Assembly (NCBI GenBank): GCA_947652375.1 | Contig: CANTCS010000001.1 | Coordinates: 68,257 to 132,256 of the forward strand | Reading direction: 5' to 3' | DNA from: an uncultured Mollicutes bacterium | GTDB taxonomy: Bacteria > Bacillota_I > Bacilli_A > RF39 > UBA660 | DNA: 64,000 bases | In this document: positions 55,697 to 63,849 of the stretch, in pieces | Layout: every line of letters starts with the position of its first letter | Numbering within the stretch: position 1 is the first letter of the stretch | Position numbers and translations under genes: made by a program | The notes under the pieces: model-generated | Database searches by the model: none | What the model was told of the DNA's origin: nothing | Seen by the model: only the letters and a program-made list of their open reading frames with translations

Positions 55697-56455
55697 CTAA
55701 TATTTTAATATTTGCCCTATTTTAATTAAATCAGGGTTATTACCTATAATGTCTTTATTTAATTCATATAATTTTTCCCAAGTTGTTCCAAACTTTTTAG
55801 CTATTTTTATTAGAGTATCATCTTTTTTCACCATATAAAAATTTGTCCCTTTTAGCTCTTTATTTTTTATTTCATTTACTATCTTTTGAACATCACTTGC
55901 ATTATATCCCATATTTGTAAGTTTATCAATTCTAGTCTTTCCATTACCATATTTCCCCGCAATTACTTCATAAGCAATTTCTATTAAATCTATTTTAGAT
56001 GTCTCAGAATGATTAATGTTTTTTAACTGGTAATCATAATTATGTGGATCTTCATATTCCCCACCATTACTATTTTTCATTCCTAAATGCAAATGAATTC
56101 CTGTTGCCATACCAGTTGAGCCTGTATAGCCAAGCAATAACCCTTCATGAACTTCTTGCCCTGTTTTTACACAAATACTATCTAAATGGTAATGCAAAAT
56201 TTTTTTATTGATTCTTGGATAATTTACCCATATAAATTTAGCTCCATCAGAAGCGATTCCACAGGATAAAATTTTGCCATTTTCTAATGCATATTGTCCC
56301 CACTTTTCTCCGTTAGTTCCATAATCGCATCCATTATGAAAGTTGGTGGTTATACCTTTTTTAGTTTTAATTGGAGCTCTACTCCCAAAAGGGGAAGTTA
56401 CATACCAATCATTTCTTTTAAATATTTTAGTTGCAAGTTTTATTTTAATCACCAT
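55697..56455 (-). CDS. Leaderless endolysin: M23 peptidase, CW_7 repeat and LysM
   Basis: No signal peptide. M23 ligands HNGCDY and HLHLG. CW_7-type IAYEVIAGKYGNGKTRIDKLTNMGYNASDVQKIV. LysM YMVKKDDTLIKIAKKFGTTWEKLYELN. Confidence 0.8.
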   Translation of the reverse strand: MVIKIKLATKIFKRNDWYVTSPFGSRAPIKTKKGITTNFHNGCDYGTNGEKWGQYALENGKILSCGIASDGAKFIWVNYPRINKKILHYHLDSICVKTGQEVHEGLLLGYTGSTGMATGIHLHLGMKNSNGGEYEDPHNYDYQLKNINHSETSKIDLIEIAYEVIAGKYGNGKTRIDKLTNMGYNASDVQKIVNEIKNKELKGTNFYMVKKDDTLIKIAKKFGTTWEKLYELNKDIIGNNPDLIKIGQILKY

Positions 56456-56461
56456 CCTCGC

Positions 56462-56503
56462 TTATAAATAAAATAAAGAAAATGCATATCAAGCATTTTC
56501 TTT
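56462..56503 (-). terminator. Intrinsic terminator after the lipoprotein gene
   Basis: AAAGAAAATGC (56475..56485) pairs with GCATTTTCTTT (56493..56503). The minus strand continues ATTTTATTTAT. Confidence 0.6.
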
Positions 56504-56538
56504 ATTAATCATGATAATAGTTTTAGACTGGCATTTTA

Positions 56539-57075
56539 TTATTGACATTTATAACTATTTCTAGAACATTTGACAACTTCGTCTGAACTAGAAATACTAG
56601 CACTTCCATTATAATATATATAATCATCATCTACATTTTTTATAGAAGTTAACATTAATTTACTATCTAATTTTGATAATAAATCTATTTTGCTAGTCTT
56701 ACTTCCAGATAAAGTATACTCTAAAACTACTCCTCCAGAACATCTATTAACATAAAGCTTATCACCATAAAAATAATTTTGATTTTTATTTTTGTAAGCT
56801 TCAGAAGAATTACAAGAATTTATTTCATCAAGCAATATATAATCATCATCTGTTACCTTATAAAATAAACCACTAATTCGTTCTTCATTATTTTCAGGAG
56901 TGATATCAGTAATAATATACTCATGCTTATGATTATCATCATCTACATAGGAATATCTATTAGTAATATCATAATTCTTTAAATTATAATGTTTAAAATC
57001 TGTATATTGACTGTTATTTTCACATCCACATACACATAATATCAAAAATAAAAGTATAACTACATTTTTTTTCAT
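56539..57075 (-). CDS. Lipoprotein immediately downstream of effector B (candidate immunity protein)
   Basis: Start at ATG 57075 (MKKNVVILLFLILCVCGC, lipobox-like VCGC). It begins 62 nt after the stop of B and is followed by a terminator. No family recognised. Confidence 0.45.
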   Translation of the reverse strand: MKKNVVILLFLILCVCGCENNSQYTDFKHYNLKNYDITNRYSYVDDDNHKHEYIITDITPENNEERISGLFYKVTDDDYILLDEINSCNSSEAYKNKNQNYFYGDKLYVNRCSGGVVLEYTLSGSKTSKIDLLSKLDSKLMLTSIKNVDDDYIYYNGSASISSSDEVVKCSRNSYKCQ

Positions 57076-57137
57076 CTTAATCACCAAAACTATTATATCA
57101 TATTATATTATACTTGATAATATCTAATGATAATTTT

Positions 57138-59396
57138 CTAATACCAAGCTCTTTCAGATCCTTGACTAGCGTACTCAATTCCAATGCTTGCATAACCAGA
57201 AAAACTAGTAAATGAACTACTGCCTTTTTTCTTAATTCCATCTATACGGTTTGTCCATGGTCTTGTGTACCCTGGATTAATAAAATTACCTCTATTTATT
57301 TTTATATAATCACCCTTATTAAGCATTCCTACATAAGTTCCTTGGGCATTAAAATAAGGAACTGGTTTATTAATATAGATTTCTCTTGATGATGTATCAT
57401 CCCATTTATGCAATATATATTCATCAGAAGCTTGATCATATTCTACACAAGTGAATGGTTCATGACCTACTAATATTTGTGCTTTTACGGCTTCATCATC
57501 AGTAGGATTTAAAGTCATACTAGGTAAAACATACTGTTCTCTTATATAACCTATTTTGACATCTTTACCATCATTAAACATGACTCTATGAACATTATCC
57601 ATACTAGGGCTACTAACTTGATATCTAACATAGAAATCATGAGGCTTAATATAACCTATTATACCCCCTGTAGGTTCGTACATTGGTACAACTGGGGCAA
57701 CCTCAGGCATAACTGGCATTTTTTTTGCATAAACAGGCACTGATGATTCAGTCATATTTATTAAAATTCTTCCTCCACCTTCATAAAGATTTGTATGATT
57801 ACAATCACCATCAGCAACAGAGTATTCTTGGGCAATACCTTCATATCTTCCAGAAAATCCATCTTTATCTATTTCTATTGATTTTCCACCAGATGATATT
57901 GTTGTAGTATTAAATTGATCAAATGCCCAATTATCTGGTATAGGAAATCCTAGATTTCCACTAAATCCTGTTGACATATCACTAACAAAACTACTACATG
58001 CATAACCAGCATTACATACCCTAGTACATAAATTTCTCGTTCCATAAACACCAACACGGTATTTACCTTTTCCAGCAGTCATGAAACTTGAATATAGAGT
58101 TTTGAAATAAGGTAAAATTAAACTTGAAATTTCTGCATCTGTTGCATCATAATCTACCGCAAAGTAAATGATTGATCCAAATTGTAATTTTAAATTATCA
58201 GCATACTCTGCTGCACTCTCTGCATCTGCTTGTGCATTTTCTACGGTAAAATATGAAGCCTTGTTAGCTGATCTTTGATGAATTGGAAATAATCTAATAC
58301 CATTCTTAAATAACACTTGTAATTCTGTTGTAGATAATGCTTTACTTGCTCCACTTGCAATATATCCAGATAAATATCTACCAATATATTTATAATTATT
58401 ATTTTTTAAAACACTAACATTATCAGTAGTTATTATGGTAGCACAATCACATGCAACTGCACTTCTATCTGTGTCCCCACAACTAATTAATAGAGATAAC
58501 CATGTTGTATAATCAATCTTACCTGTTGCTGTAATTGAATATTTTGATTGAAAACTTTTTATAGTATTTTCGTTTAGATTAGATGTTAATTCTCCTGAAC
58601 CAAATCCATTAAAATATAATGCTATATTTGCTAAAGTTTTAAATTTATTTATACTATCTGTTGAATATGCTTGTCCCTTATAACTAGTTCCTGAAGATGA
58701 GCCAGTTACTGAAAGTGTTGGCAAACATCTTTTTGTAGCTGGTCCACAGTTACCATTTGCTTCTGATGTTGTCATGCCTTCCTCAGCTTGAATTGCAAAG
58801 ATTAATGCTTGACTTGTTCTACGAGCATATACTCCATCACAAGGTCTAATACCAATATAGGCTTCATAATTTCTATTTAGATATCTTTGCATTTTAATAA
58901 TATTTTGAGTCTTTTCTGATTGATCATATGAATAGAAGTAATCCATTGATAATAATGCTTTCATAACATTTAAAGTTACTGTTGAACTTGTATCTGCTAA
59001 TCCTGCATCTGCTTTTAATTTCTTTATAGCTCCACCTGTTCCTCCATAAAAATGACAAGTTGGTGTATTTGCTCCAAAATCATAACCTTTACAGATTAAA
59101 GCTCCTTGTATAATTCCATAAACATTATCTGATGATTTATCATCATCTGATTGTTGTTTTACTCCATTTGGAAACTTACTTTTAAATGCATTTTGTGTTC
59201 CATTTCCAAAATTATCAGCTGTAGATTGAATTCCTAATTCAATTTGCAATGCTCTTGTAAGAGCATAAATAGTAGACCATCCTGTTTTTCCATTTTCAGT
59301 TACAGTATTAAATCTACTATCAGACCCATATGTTTCGTTTAACCATTTTTGTACATTGTATACATATGGATCTCCAGTCGTTGTTTTTTCTGCCAT
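57138..59396 (-). CDS. Leaderless cell-wall effector B: the same PG-binding-like plus DUF1906-like N-terminal module as A, with a different C-terminal region of about 245 aa
   Basis: Start set to ATG 59396 (MAEKTTTGDPYV), which is in register with the start of A and 8 nt after AAGGAGA. The track start at 59405 lies inside the SD. The C-terminal part (VPVYAKKMPVMPE..., GTYVGMLNKGDYIKINRG) may include SH3-like wall-binding folds. Confidence 0.6.
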   Translation of the reverse strand: MAEKTTTGDPYVYNVQKWLNETYGSDSRFNTVTENGKTGWSTIYALTRALQIELGIQSTADNFGNGTQNAFKSKFPNGVKQQSDDDKSSDNVYGIIQGALICKGYDFGANTPTCHFYGGTGGAIKKLKADAGLADTSSTVTLNVMKALLSMDYFYSYDQSEKTQNIIKMQRYLNRNYEAYIGIRPCDGVYARRTSQALIFAIQAEEGMTTSEANGNCGPATKRCLPTLSVTGSSSGTSYKGQAYSTDSINKFKTLANIALYFNGFGSGELTSNLNENTIKSFQSKYSITATGKIDYTTWLSLLISCGDTDRSAVACDCATIITTDNVSVLKNNNYKYIGRYLSGYIASGASKALSTTELQVLFKNGIRLFPIHQRSANKASYFTVENAQADAESAAEYADNLKLQFGSIIYFAVDYDATDAEISSLILPYFKTLYSSFMTAGKGKYRVGVYGTRNLCTRVCNAGYACSSFVSDMSTGFSGNLGFPIPDNWAFDQFNTTTISSGGKSIEIDKDGFSGRYEGIAQEYSVADGDCNHTNLYEGGGRILINMTESSVPVYAKKMPVMPEVAPVVPMYEPTGGIIGYIKPHDFYVRYQVSSPSMDNVHRVMFNDGKDVKIGYIREQYVLPSMTLNPTDDEAVKAQILVGHEPFTCVEYDQASDEYILHKWDDTSSREIYINKPVPYFNAQGTYVGMLNKGDYIKINRGNFINPGYTRPWTNRIDGIKKKGSSSFTSFSGYASIGIEYASQGSERAWY

Positions 59397-59473
59397 ATTT
59401 TTCATCTCCTTAAATATTAAATTTTTTATCTAATATATAGAAAGATTAAAATACCGTATTCAAGTCCGTTTCA

Positions 59474-59502
59474 ATCATAATATCAAATAAAATGATTGAC
59501 AA
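59474..59502 (-). promoter_or_regulatory. Candidate sigma-A-type promoter of the effector B operon
   Basis: The minus strand reads TTGTCA (59502..59497), a 17-nt spacer, then TATGAT (59479..59474), about 75 nt upstream of the start of B. Confidence 0.45.
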
Positions 59503-59564
59503 TTGAACACAATAGATATAAATACCATATTTTATTTATAGTCCGGACATATAAAATAAATATT

Positions 59565-59624
59565 GTATAATAAAAAAGTGTTAACTATAATAAAACCAAT
59601 CCAAGGTCTATATATAATTAACAC
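59565..59624 (-). terminator. Intrinsic terminator after 59747..60241; sequence-related to the terminator at 55612..55663
   Basis: GTGTTAACTATA (59578..59589) pairs with TATAATTAACAC (59613..59624) with one mismatch. The minus strand continues TTTTTTATTATAC. Confidence 0.5.
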
Positions 59625-59746
59625 CGAAAATATACCGTATTCATTTGTCATAACAATATTAACATTTAATCAAATATTAGTCAATATATTTTCTTGATTT
59701 TTAAATTTTTTTGACATATATTCTATTGTTTCTTTATTTGATACTA

Positions 59747-60241
59747 TTACTCTATTTTACTAGAATCTGATACCCAATCGGAATTTATATTGGCTGATAT
59801 TCCATCCACTATCTCTAAATGATTATAATTATTTGTATCTACTTTAATAAAGAAATAAAATGGAATATTATTTGATAAGCTATAAGATTTATCTTTAGCA
59901 AGATTATCACAACTATAAGTACCATCATTACATTCTGAATTATAATTAACCTTTATATAAAGAATATTGCTTTGAGATTTATAATATCCATATAATTGTA
60001 AGCTCTCTAGTTCAATTAATTTTAAATTAGAGTTGTCAAAATAATCTGAACTATCAATTTTCTTATAAACAGCGTCTACTATTTTTTGTTCCTTTTTATT
60101 AAATCTTTCATTTGTATCCAAGCCATTGCTTTTCGTTTTATTTGTTGGTTTTTTGAATAAAAAAATTAATGATGATACTATTATCAATAATAAAATTAAT
60201 ACCATTATCCAAATTTTTTTATTTTTTTTTAATCCATGCAT
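59747..60241 (-). CDS. Membrane-anchored extracytoplasmic protein, unknown family
   Basis: N-terminal TM (IWIMVLILLLIIVSSLIFLF). 164 aa. Overlaps the upstream gene by 13 nt. Confidence 0.4.
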   Translation of the reverse strand: MHGLKKNKKIWIMVLILLLIIVSSLIFLFKKPTNKTKSNGLDTNERFNKKEQKIVDAVYKKIDSSDYFDNSNLKLIELESLQLYGYYKSQSNILYIKVNYNSECNDGTYSCDNLAKDKSYSLSNNIPFYFFIKVDTNNYNHLEIVDGISANINSDWVSDSSKIE

Positions 60242-60714
60242 ATTGTATACCTAAACATATCACTGTCAAAGTATTCAACATTATTATGTGCTAATGGCTC
60301 TTTTAATCTAAATTTCATATACAACTCACAAGTTTGATCTCCAGCACTATCCAAATTACCATCAAATTTTTGCTGTAAAGTCCATTTCATTAAACTATAA
60401 CCTGAATTATAACCAAAATATAATTTAGCTTTATCATCTGGATTAGGATCTTTATCTTTTTCCATTAAATATGCCTCTATGGTAAAATTATGAGTGGATA
60501 AATAATTTCCATCACTAAAATAAACATACATATTATCAGCTAGACATGATGATGCTGAAGTCTTAAAATTTATTACTTGTCCATAAGCCCAATTTCCATT
60601 ATAGTATATTGGTGGTGATGGCATTCCATACTCACAAGTCCTAGCTTCAACTGCAAACGGCATAAAAACTGCCATACATAAAATTATAAATACTGCTTTT
60701 TTCATAATTAACAT
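60229..60714 (-). CDS. Small Sec-exported four-cysteine protein, paralog R
   Basis: Signal peptide ending VEA|RTCEY. Mature Cys at 27, 57, 129 and 159 of 161. Paralog of 49524..50024. The start may be ATG 60705. Confidence 0.5.
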   Translation of the reverse strand: MLIMKKAVFIILCMAVFMPFAVEARTCEYGMPSPPIYYNGNWAYGQVINFKTSASSCLADNMYVYFSDGNYLSTHNFTIEAYLMEKDKDPNPDDKAKLYFGYNSGYSLMKWTLQQKFDGNLDSAGDQTCELYMKFRLKEPLAHNNVEYFDSDMFRYTICMD

Positions 60715-60821
60715 TCCTCCCTTTCTACATCCAAATACATAAATAAATTAAAATAAACTATTGTTATTCATCTCCCTTTCTTCATTATATTTTACAGATA
60801 CATTATAGCATAAATATCTAA

Positions 60822-61391
60822 CTATTTTTGATTATTTTTTAAAATATTATATTCTATTTGTTCTTTTACATCCTCTAAACTATCTAATTCATATATTTTA
60901 CTTAAATCTGCACTTATTTTAAGATATATTTCATTGCTATCATCAAAATAACTTACATATATATTTTCTTTATTAGCACCATAAACATTGACAATAGATT
61001 TTATTTTTTTATTATCTATTATTACAGGGAGCTCTTTTTCAGAAGATAATTTAAATCCTATAACTCTAAAGTTTTTTTCTTGATCTTGATTAAAAATGTA
61101 TATATAATCTTGGGTTCCCAATATAATATCTCCTTTTTTATAATACAATGAATCTATAGAAAAAAATAATTGATATTCCTCAGTTTGTTCTCCTTGTTTT
61201 AAAATGCTTAATGAGCCATCTTTAACCCCCGTATAAGTATTTTCATACAAAATTGCATAGTTCAACCAACGCTGCCCATTATTAGAGTCTATATATGTAG
61301 GATGATAAGAATAACCCGTTTCTTTTGTACTACATCCAGATAAAAATAAAATTAAAAACAAAAAAACAATTAATGTATATTTTTTTACCAT
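60822..61391 (-). CDS. Lipoprotein, unknown family
   Basis: Lipobox LFLSGC after a signal peptide. 189 aa. Confidence 0.5.
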   Translation of the reverse strand: MVKKYTLIVFLFLILFLSGCSTKETGYSYHPTYIDSNNGQRWLNYAILYENTYTGVKDGSLSILKQGEQTEEYQLFFSIDSLYYKKGDIILGTQDYIYIFNQDQEKNFRVIGFKLSSEKELPVIIDNKKIKSIVNVYGANKENIYVSYFDDSNEIYLKISADLSKIYELDSLEDVKEQIEYNILKNNQK

Positions 61392-61528
61392 TAAATTGTC
61401 CCCTTTCGCATATAATTCAAATAACTAAACTTATTTATTTTATTATATCACAAAATTTATTGTTTATTCGTACTTTTGCATTACTTTTTTTCCACAATAA
61501 TAAATACAATATAGTAGGAGGTGAAAGA

Positions 61529-61942
61529 ATGAAAAAAATATTAATGTCGTTATTTGTTTTAGGAATAACTGTTTTATCCCTTTTTGGGGCAACAAAAGTT
61601 TCTGCAGCTGAATACAAATCAACATTAAATATGCCAGCTAATTCAAATCATATTGGTGCCTATAGATGGTTTGATACAAAAAATTTCATCATAGAGATAT
61701 CTATGGATGCTCATACAGATTGTACATCTAATAGAGAAAAACTTTTATGGGTTACATTACACTTCGGTCCAACCACTCAAGTATCCGGTAAAATGATGGG
61801 TACAGAATTATATCGATGCGTTATAGCTAACATGGGAAAATTTAAAAACGGACAATATGCATATGGATTCTCTACAAATTATTCAGGTGGAAGACAATTT
61901 TGTGGAATTAAATCAAATAGTGTAATTATGAGTCAAAACTAA
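61529..61942 (+). CDS. Small secreted protein, unknown family, first gene of the ABC operon
   Basis: ATG at 61529 preceded by GTAGGAGGTGAAAGA. Signal peptide MKKILMSLFVLGITVLSLFGATKVSA|AEY. The longer track ORF from 61325 has no SD. Confidence 0.55.
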   Translation: MKKILMSLFVLGITVLSLFGATKVSAAEYKSTLNMPANSNHIGAYRWFDTKNFIIEISMDAHTDCTSNREKLLWVTLHFGPTTQVSGKMMGTELYRCVIANMGKFKNGQYAYGFSTNYSGGRQFCGIKSNSVIMSQN

Positions 61943-61964
61943 GTAAAAAGAAAGAAGGTAAATA

Positions 61965-62645
61965 ATGATAGAGTTAATTAATATACAAAAAAAATATTTA
62001 TTGAAAAATAAATTCATAAATGCTTTAGATGATATTAATATTAAGTTTGAAAAAGGAAAATTGTATGGAATTATGGGCGAATCTGGAAGTGGAAAATCTA
62101 CATTAATACAAATAATCGGACTTCTTATAGAGCCAACAAGTGGAATATTAAAAATAGATGGGCATGATACATCAAAATTATCAGAAAAAAAAATAGCTAA
62201 TCTTAGAAAAGAGGAATTATCATATATATTTCAATCTTTTAATTTGATTCCAACAATGAATGTTACAGAAAATGTAATCTTACCTCTTTATACTAATAAA
62301 AATTTAACCAAAAAAGAAAAAGTTGAAAGAGTCAATAACTTATTGAATTCACTAGGAATAGAGAATAGAAATAGGCATTACCCAAATCAACTTTCTGGTG
62401 GAGAACAACAAAGAGTTGCAATTGCTCGTGCTCTATGCAATAATCCAGAGATTATATTAGCCGATGAGCCTACTGCTTCTTTAGATAAGGAAAACACAAT
62501 TAAAATTTTAAGTATATTAAAAAAACTCTCAAATCAAGATAAATGTGTAATCGTTATTTGCCATGATGACATTATTAAAGATTATGCTGATGAAATTATT
62601 TACCTAAAAAATGGAAGGATGGAGATTATAGATGAAATTAATTGA
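61965..62645 (+). CDS. ABC transporter ATP-binding protein (MacB/LolD-like)
   Basis: Walker A GESGSGKST, signature LSGGEQQR, Walker B ILADEPTASLD. Confidence 0.9.
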   Translation: MIELINIQKKYLLKNKFINALDDINIKFEKGKLYGIMGESGSGKSTLIQIIGLLIEPTSGILKIDGHDTSKLSEKKIANLRKEELSYIFQSFNLIPTMNVTENVILPLYTNKNLTKKEKVERVNNLLNSLGIENRNRHYPNQLSGGEQQRVAIARALCNNPEIILADEPTASLDKENTIKILSILKKLSNQDKCVIVICHDDIIKDYADEIIYLKNGRMEIIDEIN

Positions 62646-63849
62646 TATGTTAAAAATGGAGATTAAAGAATTTTACAAAAATAAATCAAATTATTTTAAT
62701 ATTATTTTTATTTCTATAGCTGTTTCAATCATTATATTTTGCTTAACTTTTTCCAATAGTCTAAATAACTATTGGAATCAAAGCGTTAAAAAGATGGTGG
62801 ATTATCGTACATTTTTTGTGTATTACGATCCTGATGAGAAAGCAGAAAAAGAAGCATTAACAGAATTGCAATCATACAATACGATTGAATCTATATCTCC
62901 CTATACTTCCTACATAATAAATATGAGAATGTTTGAGGAACTCAATCATAATACTGAAATCAATTTATTTCTTTTTGGAGTACCAAAAGATACTATAACA
63001 ATATCTAATGGAGAAAGTATTGATAATTATAATTCTAGTGATAAAGTTATGGTATGTCCCGAAAATATATTCTATGAATATAAAAAAGAAAACAAAATAG
63101 AAAAAAAAGAAATAAATTTAAATAATCTTTTAGGAAAGCAATTTTCTTTAAAATTTATTGACGATGATACTAAAACAGAAAACTTCAAATTAATTGGAAC
63201 TTATGATTCCTCTATGAGACAGGGAAAAGAAAATTTTTGTTATACAAATTCAGATGTTGTAACAAATTTAAATTTGTATTATCAACCAGAAGCATTTAAA
63301 GAAGAGGAAGGGATAATTTATCCTCTAGTAGTAAGACTTAAAAGTACAGATGATATTCAGGAAACTTTGAAAAGATTTGAAAAGGATCATTTTTATACAA
63401 ATGGAGATCCCGTTGTAAAAATCGATACCACAATTGGGAATAAAATTTTGAATTTAATTACCACGATAGGCTTATTAGTGGGGATTATTTCAATCATAGT
63501 TATTATCCTAATATCAATAAAGAATCAATATAAACAAAATAAAAAGTATGCAATATTAAAAACACTTGGATATAATCGAGTAGATATTATAAAATTACAG
63601 TGCATTGAATCATTTTTATGTATATTAGTAACTTTATTTCTAACCCTAATTACAACTATCTTCACAATTTTTGTTTTTCAAAACTATTATTTGAATCACG
63701 AAGAAATGCTATATGGATTAAAATTAACAATTTCAAAATTCAATATAATCCTAGGAATTTCATTCTGCATTATCATAAATATCTTGTTACCACTGATATT
63801 TAATAATAAACTTAAAAATAATATTATTATGGAAGAACTAAAAAGTTAA
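62632..63849 (+). CDS. FtsX/MacB-type ABC permease
   Basis: One N-terminal TM, an extracytoplasmic domain of about 240 aa and three C-terminal TMs. It overlaps the ATPase gene by 14 nt. Confidence 0.75.
   Translation: MKLIDMLKMEIKEFYKNKSNYFNIIFISIAVSIIIFCLTFSNSLNNYWNQSVKKMVDYRTFFVYYDPDEKAEKEALTELQSYNTIESISPYTSYIINMRMFEELNHNTEINLFLFGVPKDTITISNGESIDNYNSSDKVMVCPENIFYEYKKENKIEKKEINLNNLLGKQFSLKFIDDDTKTENFKLIGTYDSSMRQGKENFCYTNSDVVTNLNLYYQPEAFKEEEGIIYPLVVRLKSTDDIQETLKRFEKDHFYTNGDPVVKIDTTIGNKILNLITTIGLLVGIISIIVIILISIKNQYKQNKKYAILKTLGYNRVDIIKLQCIESFLCILVTLFLTLITTIFTIFVFQNYYLNHEEMLYGLKLTISKFNIILGISFCIIINILLPLIFNNKLKNNIIMEELKS

Noticed and set aside
59397-59405. Track start of effector B at 59405
   Set aside because: This ATG lies inside the AAGGAGATG Shine-Dalgarno. 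It is in frame only because of a 1-nt insertion relative to the A copy. ATG 59396 aligns exactly with the start of A.
61325-61528. Upstream extension of the secreted-protein ORF (track start at 61325)
   Set aside because: The extension has no SD and translates spacer-like sequence. A strong GGAGG SD and a classical signal peptide begin at ATG 61529.
61529-61942. Assigning the small secreted protein to the lactococcin-972 bacteriocin family because of the adjacent ABC/FtsX genes
   Set aside because: The mature protein (about 112 aa) is much longer than Lcn972, and I see no shared motif. The context alone is insufficient.
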